A stretch of DNA of 64,000 nt, taken from NCBI GenBank assembly GCA_965112155.1, contig OZ218102.1. The stretch is one strand, 5' to 3'. Within the stretch, counting starts at the first letter, position 1. Each line of letters starts with the position of its first letter. The notes below the pieces were generated by a model. That model was not told where the DNA came from and did no database searches. It saw only the letters and a list, made by a program, of their open reading frames with translations. This DNA is from Podarcis liolepis. Taxonomy: Eukaryota. This document shows, piece after piece, positions 11,201-24,170 of the stretch. Both the position numbers and the translations under genes were made by a program.

Positions 11201-14142
11201 TCCTTGAAATATCCCTATTCCGCACCACCGCTCCAATTGTTAGTTTGCACTTATGGATGAGATTAGGGAGGTTGTGAGGTTCTTACTCCTCTTTCTGCAG
11301 CATCTCCTCAGCGAGTCTCCCTTTCCCCGCCTCGGTCAGCTTGCAGCGCTGCTCCACCACGTGCTGCCTAAGGTCAAGGGAAGGGCGTTTCCTGGCTGGT
11401 CGAGTCTGATGCACCGGCTGCAGGACTTGGAGACTGGACAACTGGGCGGTAATAAGAAGAAACACTCCGTGACTCTGGGAGGGAGGAATCTGGACTGTAA
11501 ACTGGCCAAAGAACTTGGGTAAATCCCAGGGAGAAACCCCCCACTCCTCTTGAACACCGCCCACCCATCCATCCATTTATTCACTCACTCACTCACTCAC
11601 TCACTCATTCCTGGCCACCGAGCTTGCGCAAGAGAATTTCCCACTGGGCGGCCGGTACCTTCCTCGGCCAGCAGAGTCCAAGTTCGCCCCTTCGAAGTGG
11701 CCGGCGCCTTTGGAGGTTTACCGGACGTGTCAGCCCCGCCGGGCCGGCCAATCGCTGGGTAACAAATGGCCACGGTGAAAAGACCACATTGTCCTCTGGG
11801 CGCAGCAATCCATAAGTGGCCCCGCTTCTGGCTGAATGGCCGGTGTTTTGATGACTTATAGTATATGCAAAAACAAACTTTCCCGCGGTGGCCTTTTTAA
11901 AGGGGGGTGGGGAGAATCCGTCATGCTTTCCTTTCCCAAACAGCCCCGATTATTTTAAAAAGAAAAGGAGGGGGGCGAAAGAACACCCCGAAATGATAAA
12001 TCGCGTGGCAAAGCTAATGGCTGGAGGGCGCGTTTACCAATTCATAATCATTTATTCTTGGTGATGTATGACCCTTACTCTTAAATCTCAAAAGCTTCTA
12101 TTTGAAGGTGTAAATAGCTTTTTTTCCCCCTTGCAGTAAACCTTCCTGCATTAGCAGTGANNNNNNNNNNNNNNNNNNNNNNNNNNNNNNNNNNNNNNNN
12201 NNNNNNNNNNNNNNNNNNNNNNNNNNNNNNNNNNNNNNNNNNNNNNNNNNNNNNNNNNNNNNNNNNNNNNNNNNNNNNNNNNNNNNNNNNNNNNNNNNNN
12301 NNNNNNNNGCTGTTATTTTCTCTTAGACCCCCGCGGTTGTTATACATCGAATTAAAAAGTGGTCTTTTAGCATCATTTTTTTTTCTTCCAGTGGCAACTA
12401 AACGCCATTTAATGGGAAAAACAAATGTTGACATGCCTCTTTGAAGGAAGTATATTTCCTGGCAAGACATCAAAGTGTTTTAAACTGTATTGGCGGGCGG
12501 GGGCGGGAAGCGGGCTGGGCGAGATCTTAGCTTTCTATTAGTCCAAGCCTACGGTAATGTCAGGAAAAAACCGCTTGGTGTTCCTAGAGGGGAGGGGAGG
12601 GAAGACGACAGAGAAAGGTGGAGAGAGGGGAAGCTGGCTGGAGGTTTCTGCTGGATCCATGTATACCTGGGGATTTGAGTCATGTTAGGTCACCACCAGA
12701 CAGCGATGGCTGCTCAGATTCTGAAACTGCGAGTGCATGCCCCGAATTGGGGCGTAGCAAAGGAGAGCAGTGCATGCAACGCGAGAAAGTTCGCCAATGC
12801 AACTGGCACATGTCAGAAACCGGAAGGAGGGATCCCTGGGATGAGAGGGTCAAGGCCGCCCATTTCGTTACCAACAGCATTTTGAATCCGCGTGGATTTC
12901 AATGGTCATGAAATCTGGTGCCGCTGCTCTGGCTCTGTAATCGGTGAGAGCTAAAAAACGCTGAAGCTGAACCGTCAAGACACCTTGAGGAGGACCGCCG
13001 AGACAGGAGGTCTGCAGGAAGGGGAAGGAGAGTTCATGCTAACTCCCAGCAGCTTCTGTTGGATATATTAAGGATTTGGGCGGAGTGGCGGAGTTTGAAG
13101 ACCATTTGTTGCGTTCCAGGAATGATGGTCCAATAATAGCCAAAGAATATAGTCCTCAGTCCACCTGAGATCTATAATACATTTGGGTGAATGGGAGTTA
13201 ACCCTTCTCACTGCCTATGGTACATAAGATACCTCATTCCTAAGCTTTTGCAGGAAAGTCAATTGAAATGACCGACTTAGGCCTGTTCACACGTGCAAAG
13301 TGTGAAGCCATTCAGTTTGTTGGAAAATATGTGTCTCACACGACGAAATTTGTATAGTTGAGGTCAGGGAGGCTGCCTCCCAGCCGAACTTCGAGTGCCT
13401 ATTGGAGTCCTTAAAAAAAGAAAATCCAGCAGGCGTTTTAATTGAAGTCTGATATTATAGTTTTAACCGAGTTTTACCTTTTCTGAATTGGAATTCAGGC
13501 ACACTGCTCACAGATGAATGTAGATAAGCGGTATATAAATCATCTAATGAAAGTCAAAGTGACAGGACTGATTGCAGCTACGAGTTGAGTATCTCTACCG
13601 GCGAATCACCTGTGTTTGTTACTGCCTCATGTGCGGGATGGCTCTTACCTGACGGGGGCGGTGTCATCTTGCAACAATCATAACCTGAGTTTATCTCAGC
13701 TGGAATGTCCAAGCCCTTTCATTTGAGAATGAGGACACGGTCGCAAGGAAGGGTCTGCTACTGGAAGCTTATCCGTAGAGAATGTTGTGGAGGGGGCTGT
13801 AATAAGGACACCATGACTCCCTCTCCCACAGGAAGCTCAACCTCAGAGCACCCTTTTAAGATGAATCACTTAAAAACGAAGAATGTCCCGTTTGCAGTAG
13901 CCTATCGGGAAATAAGAGAAGCATCTTTATATTAAGATTTTTCAGAATACAGACTTTTTGGGGGGGGGAGGGGAAGCAACCAGTCTTCACTCCAAAAAAC
14001 ACATAATTGTTCCTCAGAGATGTTCAGAGAAAAATGTCCAGAGGTGCTGCTTCTTTTTAGATTCTACACACCCAGCCTGTTGTTGCTGTTATGGGATATG
14101 CCAACGACCTGTTTTCGCTTAGTCCCATTAACTTCCACCTTA

Positions 14143-14232
14143 GAGAGCGATCTTACGCATGGCTCCTCGAAGGTAAACCCTGCTGTCTTCAATGGCGTTT
14201 ACTCACGAGTGAGCGTGCTTAGAATGACAGCC
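14143..14232. mobile_element. Short palindromic MITE-like element flanked by TTA (representative of a dispersed family)
   Basis: TTA at 14140-14142 and 14233-14235; internal inverted repeat gtaaaccc...ggcgtttac; similar to many other copies in the window. Confidence 0.55.
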
Positions 14233-15529
14233 TTAAGCAGGTCTTTTCTTATTCGCCTTTGACTATAGCTAATGTCCTCTCCTGATTTCCCACCCCACCC
14301 GCCTTGTCCCTCTGCTGTTTTATTGTTGGATTACGATTCTATTTGTATGGACAAATTTTAATTGTGCCCCGCTTCGGGAATCGATATGATTGAAAGGCGA
14401 GCTAAAAATAGACCTAAACAAACAAACAAGACAAACATGGCTACGTTAAAGAATCAGAGCAACAGCCACTGCCTTGTTGCTGTCTGCTCAGATACCCAAA
14501 CATAAGCAAACAAACCTCGCCACTCCGATAGCGCTCACCCTGTTCAACCTAAGCTTCTGTATGTTTGTTTACTCCTTTCCGCTTGGTTCAAAGAGACTTA
14601 CTTCCGGGTAAGTGTCCATTGGGTTAGAGACTCGGAGTACAGTCCTGTCCATGTTTATTCAGAAGAAATAAGGCGCCTTGAGTTCCATGGGATTTGCTTT
14701 CAAGTAAGTGCGATTAGGATTGCAAACCCAGTGACAAGGGTTGCGCCTGATTTGTGCTTTAAAAACAACAACGAGGTTTCGTGTTACACAGGATTCTTCA
14801 CCTACAGTTGATCGGATGATTAAAATAAAAAAGCAAATAAAGTAAATAAAATATATTCTCATTGTTGACCCCAGCNNNNNNNNNNNNNNNNNNNNNNNNN
14901 NNNNNNNNNNNNNNNNNNNNNNNNNNNNNNNNNNNNNNNNNNNNNNNNNNNNNNNNNNNNNNNNNNNNNNNNNNNNNNNNNNNNNNNNNNNNNNNNNNNN
15001 NNNNNNNNNNNNNNNNNNNNNNNNNNNNNNNNNNNNNNACCCTTCACCATAAGATTCCACCGAGGGTGGCAACAGTGTAAAAGCCCACTATTGTTTGTGG
15101 CTGTGTATTCTGCGTATGTGTGCATGTGTGTACATGTACGCCTACATACACACCATATGTATACCCATTCCTCTGAGTCCTCGCCCGTCTCTAAGCTGTT
15201 GACTTTAATGCTCCGGGTTTTCTTCGTCCTGAAAAATGTGCGGGTCTTTTATTGTTTCTGTAGAACTATAGAAAAGGAACTGAGAGGAAACCCCCCCTCT
15301 CCTCAAAAACAAAACAAAACACTAAACAAAAACTCAACTTGACCAAGGGGAAATAGCTGGGGATTATTTGCTTGGGACTTCCAAACAGCCGGTGGAGGTG
15401 AATGACCTCCCATCACAACGTAACATATTTGCGTTTACTTTTTGTTTTTTTGTTTTTTCCCCGCGGGCGGGGCAATGTATTCCCCCTTGAAGGAAAATGT
15501 GGTTTGGACACTTTTTCTTCTTTTATTTA

Positions 15530-15531
<2 letters not shown>

Positions 15532-15581
<50 letters not shown>
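15532..15581. repeat. (AG)n microsatellite
   Basis: Direct reading. Confidence 0.9.
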
Positions 15582-15586
<5 letters not shown>

Positions 15587-17010
15587 ACCTCAAAACGATG
15601 TTACAATGAAGAAGAAGAAAAAAACCGGACAAATTAGGAGCCATTTTCCCTGATCAAAGGCAAGCAAGCGAAAACGAGTCTGGGCATTCAGCGAGCTTGA
15701 CTTATTCAGACAACTTCTTTGGAGAGCAGGGCCAACAAGCGTGTCTTCCATTGAAAAGGAGCCTCTATTCAGGGTGCAGGTGCGAAGTGGTGCGGCGCAT
15801 CGGGCACATTATGCGGAGGTTGTTGGAGATTAGTGCACAGCCTTAATAACTAAAGCGCTTGATTTACATTGGGAGGCGGGGAGGGGGGGGGAAACTAAGA
15901 CTCCTCATCCGTGAAAGCAAAATCATTGAACTCCTGATCATTTCGAGTGCTCGTGATATCCTANNNNNNNNNNNNNNNNNNNNNNNNNNNNNNNNNNNNN
16001 NNNNNNNNNNNNNNNNNNNNNNNNNNNNNNNNNNNNNNNNNNNNNNNNNNNNNNNNNNNNNNNNNNNNNNNNNNNNNNNNNNNNNNNNNNNNNNNNNNNN
16101 NNNNNNNNNNNNNNNNNNNNNNNNNNNNNNNNNNNNNNNNNNNNNNNNNNNNNNNNNNNNNNNNNNNNNNNGATTGATTCATTTACAGCCAATGAACTCT
16201 GCTCCGAACTGGGGCGGGAGGTGACGCGGGAGGTGGTTCTGGGACAGGAAATGAAAGGGAGAGAGAGGGAGGTTTTCCATTTGAATAAAGAAAGCCAACT
16301 CCAAAAGATCCCTTCCCTGAAAGAAAAAAAAAAAGGAACCTCCCCCCCCCCACTATATTTGCATACAGTGCACCAAAGTCCAGCCGGTCTCTCCCCCACC
16401 CAGCCCCTGCCCCGCCTCTTTCTCCTCCTATTAATATTCCTTCCAAGAACCAAAGAACAAACTTTGCCTTTCTTCTTGCAAAGACAAACCAAGGGGAGGA
16501 GGGAAAGAGAAATGGACCTCTGCCTAAGCTGGATCGATTCAGTCACTTGCTCACGCGCAAACACCTCATGGAGTGAATCTGGATCTGACCGAGGGAATTC
16601 CAAAATCCTTCGAGGAGCGATCCAACTGTCACCGATGAAGTCTGTGTCAAGAGCCCCGCTGCCCTGGGCAGAGGGAGACACAAGTCAGTTTGGGATGTGG
16701 GGCTTGGACCTTTTAGGAGGTGGGAGAGCAATTGAAATGGAACGACCAAAATCCTCTTGCTGACAGCCCATTAAGTCACGAATTGAAGGGCTTGGGATTT
16801 CAGCCTTTGACAGTTCATTTCTATAGCGGTCCCACCGATTTGAGCGGAATTTCTTACCTGCGAGGAACGAGTCCTAAGAATACCTACACAAATTGGGTAG
16901 GTTCAGGTGACTTACTTCCAAATAAACACGGTGAGAATCGGGTTAATGTTAAGCTGCACTTGGGTTTCTTCCACACTGAACTAAAAAGGGTTGACACCCA
17001 CCTTACACTA

Positions 17011-17150
17011 ACATCCCACCTTTCTTCCAAGGAGCCCAAGGTGGCGTAGATAGTTCTCCCTGCCCTCATTTGATCCTCGCAACAACCCTGTGAGGTTGGT
17101 TAGGCTGAGAGTCAACGGTTGGCCAGGGTCACCTAGGGAACTTCATGGCA
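17011..17150 (-). mobile_element. SINE fragment, same family as 1225-1446
   Basis: caacaaccctgtgaggttggttaggctgaga...ggtcacc is the reverse complement of the SINE core. Confidence 0.75.
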
Positions 17151-17540
17151 TGTGAGTGCCTTCCTCCTCTCCTCCAGACTCTTTGTAACCAGACTCGTCA
17201 GGAGTTAGAGGGCGGGGCTTCGGGTCAGGGGGCGTGACCAGGTGTGAGCACATGATGCAGCTCCCTTGATGAAGAGATATAGCAGTGCCTAGAATGGAGA
17301 CGTCCTGGAAATGCTCTTTAGGCCGCCTTCAACCCAGTCGAGGTAATGCCAGTCGAGTATCTGAAAGCCTTACAGTGCTTTCCAGCATATACCACCAGAA
17401 CAATCCTCAGTTTCTTGCGTTGGAGAAATAATGACCACACTGCTTGAGGTCAGATTTGCTGATATTTTGGTGCGGCCCAAGCCTGCGCACGTCTATTTAA
17501 GAGCAAGTCGAGATGGGTTGAATTGGCTTCATTTCATTCC

Positions 17541-17765
17541 ATGTTTATGCCACCCTTCCTTCAAGGATCTAGGGCAGAGAGGGGCGCACATATTTCTCCA
17601 CTTGCCTCTTACTGTTTAACAACAACCCTGTGAGTTCGGCTAAGCTGAGAGGAGGTAACCGGCCCAAGATGGTGCAGGGAGCTTCACAACTGGGTATGGG
17701 TGGAGAAACTGAACCTGGGTTTTCTTGAGTTGTAGTCCAACAAGCAAACAAGCTACACTATGCTG
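17541..17765 (-). mobile_element. SINE, same family, more diverged
   Basis: caacaaccctgtgagttcggctaagctgagag...gaacctggg...ctacacta. Confidence 0.7.
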
Positions 17766-20700
17766 ACGGGAAGAGTGAAGTGGACATAGGATTGCAGCAG
17801 CGTCAGTATGGTGCAATGGTTTACTAGTTTACTCCCAAGTAAACGCCGCTGGACACAGCGGGATTTACGTTTCACTAAAAGTAGTTAGGATCACACTCTT
17901 AGAGGAGAGTGTTTAACTACAACTGGGCTTTACAATGAAAAACATCTGATAACTCTCCTTTTTTTAGGACTGCAGCCCTAAATTAATAGGTTTAAATCCC
18001 ATTTATTTAGCTTGTGAGCAACCTTCAGAGCAGACTTCAGGGGCGATCCTAGCCTCATTTACCTGGGAGCAAGTCCATTTGATTTAACTACTTATGAGTA
18101 GACGTGGCTACGTTTGTTCTGTTAATCTGCTAAGGGCCTAATTCAGAAACTTTATGCTTGGAAGTTGGAACATATAACTAAACACCAGCGATGCTTATTC
18201 CACTGCACCCCCTCCATCCTGGAATTGCCTTATGCCAGGATTACATCCAAAGGAAACATTTTTTAAAAAGACAAATAATTAATGCTAGTGGCCATCGCTG
18301 ATATCCACGTTGGCCACCCATTTGAGAATGTTAAGAGAGGAAGTAATTTCTTATAAACTACCTATCTATTATAATGGAAATATCTACGGCTTCCCTGCCT
18401 TCCAACCCTCAATTTAAGAAAGAATCTTATTGGCATTTCCATAAGTTCTCCACGAGTATAAAAGCCATATAATGGGAACAAGGTGAGAAAGCTGTTCAGC
18501 CTTGTTTCACCAAGAAAAGGTCGTAAGTCAGGCAATTGGTGTCTGACCTGTCAGGAGAAGGTATAAAGGCTTCTTTCATTCAGTCGCTCACAATTTTCTC
18601 AGCTCTCACAAAAGTGTTTTTATTATTCTGTTTTCTTACCTCGTCCCTTAATTAAAAAGCTGAATGATTAGAATAGCACCTGCATAATGTCTGGACCACG
18701 GCTGCATACTAATTCAAGAGGCTTTACATCTCGTAATTATAACATAAAATCAGAGATTGAATAAAACAGAAGGATTGTGCCCCTAAAGCCCTGCTAATCC
18801 CCTTTAAAAGAGTCTGCTGAAATAATTCAGAACACTTTCCGGAAGTTGGATTACCGACTCTCTTTTTAACTTTGCACAATGAAATGATATTTCACACTTA
18901 AAAGAGTGTCTGAATTTTTACAACTGTTCCCCCCCCCCCCTCTTAAATTGGACCGTTTCCTGGACGATTAAAAAAATAATCTGAGGTACTCCCTATCCCC
19001 AATCAAACGTTGTTGTTTTTCTTTTGTGTGCTTGTGTAACACTCACCCACACCCACACACCACCAACAACATTTTCAAGTTTAGGAAAAATACAAGCAGT
19101 TGTAGTAGAGACTAGATTTATCAGGATGTTTAGCAGCATAGCTAAGCTATTGCTAAGGGAGAGAATAAAATTGTCACGGGCTACCTGGAGATATATTGTT
19201 CTAGCCATATCAGTAAATAAATATGCTAAAGAGTGCTGTAATATCTTCAAACTCGACACTTGTGAATAGATTCGGAGTCAATAAAACAATGGCACTATGT
19301 TGCATGGCTACATTTTTCGCCTCTCAAGTAGTTCAGTTGAGATTAATGAGATTGATTCAGATGAGGTGGGTTGTGGGGTTGTTTTCGACGTTTCAGTGAA
19401 GAACAGCTTCACCTAAGCCTTGAGGTAGTCAGTTTTAAAGAGGAATAATATAAACGGTTGGCTTATTATGTGAAAGCATCTGAGAACTCTGCCACCATTC
19501 AGTCAGACGAGAGTAAGTGTATTTAAACCGACTGAGCCACACTGAAGGCCAATGAAACAGGTAATAAATGAAGCCCCTCGCTTAACTGGGCTGTGGATCG
19601 AGGTCCCCAACACTCCGAAACATACAGAGAGAAAAGGGACAAAAATATTGGGAGATAATATAGGAAGTTCTCACGGTTAAGTAGAAATCTTTAAAAAAAA
19701 TGTATATACGTAACTAAAAAGTGATCAGGTTTCTTTCAAAAAGGGAAGGAGACGTTGGATCATTCAGCAATTTTCCAAATTTATGCATTGATCGAGACGT
19801 TTCTTCCACCCCCATATTTAGGAAACGTCACATGAAATATTTTAAATCCATCCCCCCCTAAGAACTTGCTAGAAATTTTGCACGTTCTGCAATCTTCATC
19901 GATTTATTTGCTCTTAAGAGGAAGAAAGATGTGCAGAAACAGTTTTGAAAAAGTAAACCTACCTTCTTCAAACTGCATTTTGAATGCTACTGACGTAGCA
20001 GTGGCGATGGGATTCAGCCAAGGTTCAAAGGTTAATTTGCAAAAGAAGGAACTGCTCTTTCAATATATCATTCAGGATCTATCCGTGAAAATAAAACATT
20101 TATAATGATGCTGATCATTTTTGCATTGTTTTCACACTCTCTCTGTGTGTGTGTTTTTAAAAAACTAATTGCCACATACTGTAGCTGCACAATTCCCGAA
20201 CTTTCTTTAGTTCCTGAACATGCGTAGAAAGAAAGGAAACATTTTGCACCTTTGCAAAGGTTGCAGCAGTTCTTTTGAATAAACAAGTAAGAAGAAGGGA
20301 ATAAAAAATCCCGATGATGTATCATTTCTGCATCCTATCTCTACGGAATAGGAATTATATTATATCAAAATGAATTCTTTTCTATCAAAAGAAGACTTAC
20401 TCTTTGGTTAAGAGGTTGCATGAGGCTCAAAGGAAGGACGTGCTTTAAATAGGTGTGCGCATGCCTCCATGCATTTTCGCCTTCATTTGGAAATCACCAT
20501 TCTCAGAAGGTAACCTAAAATAATGTGAGTGTAAGCAAATGAACATATGACCCAGATAACATGCTGGGATTTAAGTGAAACTGGGGTTATTTCTGGTGCG
20601 CATGAGAAAAGTGGGGAGTGAAAGCAGGAGAGGACACTCGATTACCTTTAATTCCCTAATTTTACTCTGGTTTCTATTACTTCTTCCTTTGGTTATGACG

Positions 20701-22275
20701 CCAACAACAGGACTGATGCACGTGGGGACGCCACGATGCTAAGTTCACGCGACTGTGTGCTCCAGTTGTAGCGTGTATCTATCTGACCTGTAATACCCAG
20801 TCATCTCATTGGACCCATCCTTTGAGCACATTACATGAAATCAAGCCTAGGCTCGCCTCCCAAATTCTTATGTTTGTGTGCTTAGCGGTCAGTACCACTT
20901 AGAAAGTTAAGCGTTAAGGTTTCAAATCTCCCTATTCTCATCGACATAATGGAACACTCTGGCCCTCAGGGTGCCTAGTCAGCATAGACGACATTGCCCC
21001 TCGTTTCCATGTATTGTAGCTAGCTACTGGACGTGAATATACCGGGCCTGAAAATGTGTAAAACACAATCCACCGGACGAGCCTCTTGTGCAAGCCCCAT
21101 TGAATTGTATGGGAAGCAGGCAAGAAGACGATAGGGTACTCCTTCACTCCGTAGTGACACGACCCATCAACCCCTGGTAGATTTCAAGAGTTGTTTCGAA
21201 CAAAGATTTCAGGAGAGCAATTCATGGAAGCTGTGTTGTATGCCTGCAAACGAACATGGCATTCATTTCTCTGGATCTCCACGTAACACACTACACATAC
21301 ATCGTTTCTTCCAAGAACGCAGGGAACTTCGCACAAAGTCAACTTAAATCGTGGCTGCGTGGCTCGCAACCTCTAACCCGAAAGTGTCCATTGTGTTCCT
21401 CCTGGCAAAACTTTCATTTCTGAAACATTCCTGGTCCTTTACTCGGAAAGCGGAAATGTGTTTCCAGGAACCGGACCAAGACCCGAGAGCCAGCTTCCGC
21501 CTGACATTCCCTGACACTACCTTCGAATCTAACCGTCTCTACGCAAGAAGCCGGGCGGCGAGGGCGGATCATCACCACCCCCCGGGTCATATACTTCTAG
21601 AGAGAAGCGCTGGCCATTCGTTTTTATGGGCATTCAATTAAAGGAGGTTGCAAAACCCCGAAGGTCCTTTCTTCTTCTGCCTGCCTCCCCCCCCCCAGCC
21701 CCTCTCCCTTCTATAGTGTGCCTGGGCGGAAACGGGGCTCGGCCGTCCTGATTCATATTTCTAATCTTCATTTCCTAAAGATACAAATGGCCTTTTGTGA
21801 AATGAATGGTCTTTAATTAATGCGTCCGCACAATGCAGGGGCTTGCATGGGGATCGATGCTAGAAAGCAACAGGGGAGGAAGCCATCCGAAATGGATTGT
21901 CAGCATTAAAGGAAGAAAAAGGCAGCAGCGTCTATAGAAAGAGCAGGGAAGCCTGCCCACACGTCTCTCCCCATGTTGTCCGAGGGAACCTTCCATGTCT
22001 TGCTGACTACAGCCGAGTGTAATGATGATTACAGGGCTTCTGTCTGCGATTAGAGGCCATATAACTCTTGGCTTTAATAGTCACCGACTCTCCAGCGTTG
22101 GGTTGGGGTTAGGGGGCGTTGTTTTGTTTTGTTTTTTGTCGTCGTGCTTCGCCAACCTTGCCGTCTGTAGAACAACCCACATTCCCCTCACTTCCTTGAT
22201 CTCCTTTCCCACGTTCCACTAACCTGGTCTTCCTCTACCCCACCTTGGTCATATAGTTCGGCTTTCTGTAGATGC

Positions 22276-22470
22276 TCATCTCAGCTATCTGCCAATCTCC
22301 CATTCCCACCACCCTTCTGAGTAATACCCCTCCCCACCTTCTCACTATATAGAAGGATCTGGCAACTTCTGTTTCAGTGTATCTGAAGAAGTGTGCATGC
22401 ACACGAAAACTCATACCAAGAACTAACTTAGTTGGTCTTTAAGGTGCTACTGGAAGGAATTTTTTTATTT
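22276..22470 (+). mobile_element. Penelope-like retroelement terminal-repeat fragment carrying a hammerhead motif
   Basis: CTGAAGAAGTGTGCATGCACACGAAA followed by ttagttggtctttaaggtgctactgg, typical of reptile Penelope-like element ends as I recall them. Boundaries are approximate. Confidence 0.7.
22379..22416 (+). ncRNA. Minimal type I hammerhead ribozyme motif (probably degenerate)
   Basis: Stem I GUAU(22379-82)/AUAC(22413-16); core CUGAAGA (22383-89); stem II GUGUG-CAUG-CACAC; GAAA (22405-08); UC with predicted cleavage after C22412. Confidence 0.75.
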
Positions 22471-23999
22471 TGTAGATGCATAGTAACACAGATGCATTCT
22501 GTGAAGAATGCAAGCAAGGAATGTGAGGAGCACAACTAAGGTGGAATGGAAGCCTCAACACACTTGCTAGAGAGTAGCACAGGGGTACTTGCTTCCGAAC
22601 ACACCAAGGAATGGACAGTCAACCGATCGCCCTATCCCAGCTTTACTCAGATCTAAGCACCGTTTGTATAAGCACACCTTCCTTCCAAGCAAAAAGGAAG
22701 TGCTACAGACGCTAGCCATCACACACATTTACTTGGGTGTGAGTCTCGCTGATTTTAGTGACCTGTCCTTTAGTGCGATGACAGCCTGATCCTATACTGT
22801 ATATAGCTTGCTTGCTCCAACTGATTTCGACGGGACTTACTGTCGAGTGAGCGCGCATAGGATTCCGGTCTTGCACTGATAATATTTCCAAGCAGGAGAA
22901 AGGCAAATCAACGACTTGCACAATGCGCATGTGCAGCAAAACGCAGTAGTAGGCATAGACAGCTAGCAGCGTTCGATAGATAGATATATACAGTTGTGGG
23001 AAGGCGGAGAAATTTGAGGGGACTCATTATGGACTATTCACATTGAAAAAGAGATTGATTACTATCTGCCAGTGAACTAACTTCTTAAAAACAAGACAAT
23101 CCCACCCCCGCAGTTCTGGAAATATTTATAAAAACAAAACACTAGTGTAGTAGAAAGCAGATATTATTTTCCTGCGCCAAACCATTTCTTGGGCACCATA
23201 GCTTTCCAACCCTAACTTGAGAGAATCGTTTATCATTTTCTAGGGGCATTGTTGAAGCCACAACGGATACTTGATTTTCAAAGAATCAGCTGGAAGGGGG
23301 GGGGGGAGAGAGAGAAAAGAGAAAAGTAAAGACGAATTTAATCACAAAGAAGCAAGTTTTATATTTCTCATGGAGGGCTTTATTTTAAAAGTACAAATTA
23401 TTTCTCCAGAAGATTGAGTTTTCAGATAGCAATGATGTTTTCATCCAATATTCGTTTTTTTATTTATTTAAAAATCCATAACATGTCCATAATATTCCAA
23501 CAACAATAATTGCCATTACATCGCATTAGAAACCGACCCAAATTATACATGGTTGCTGCGTAGAATTGATTTTTCCTTTTGCTGTTTAGTGTACAAGTGA
23601 TAGGAGGGGATTGTTAAAAAAAAAACTTTCAGAAATAGCACGGTAGGGCGAAAAATAAAACATTTTAATTCATCTTTATAAAAAGAAGCACCGAAGCTTC
23701 GTAAATATTTAAAGATACAATAACACTACGCAGAATTTGTACAAATATCCTTTTCAAATAAAGAAACATTAAACCCCTGGGGGAAAACTGCATCTATTGG
23801 TAGATTGGAAACTGAATTTGGATTATAATCTTCCTTTTTTGAAATCAGTTTTTTAAAAAATGAGATATCCTTATCTACAGAAGTTCCTGTATTCAATAGT
23901 GAGGAATCATTCATTGTGTGTTTCCTTACCCAATCATCCTAGAAGATGTAACCTGAAATTTGGAAAGTACCTAGGAGAACCTCTCCCCCCCTTTTTAAA

Positions 24000-24170
24000 A
24001 CCTATACCATCTATGCAGAAGTAAGTGACACTGAGTTCAATGGGATTTACATTTACTCCCGGGTCAATGTGTATCTGATTGCAGCCTTACAGCTCAATCC
24101 TCGTTTACTCGCAAGTCCCACTGTTTTCAATGGGGCTTACTCCTATGAAAGCTTCATTAGGAGTCATCCT
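24000..24170. mobile_element. Two tandem palindromic MITE-like elements separated by TTA
   Basis: ...gattgcagcc-TTA-cagctcaatcc...; each unit has aagt(c/g)(c/a)cactga-ttcaatggg-(a/c)ttac-type symmetry. Confidence 0.55.

Noticed and set aside
15938-16763. 247-aa and 180-aa ORFs near the N-run
   Set aside because: Inflated by Ns and low-complexity purine/pyrimidine tracts; no protein similarity recognised.
1572-24170. Recurrent short palindromes as a CRISPR-like array
   Set aside because: Eukaryotic DNA; copies are dispersed, highly diverged and irregularly spaced, with no cas genes.
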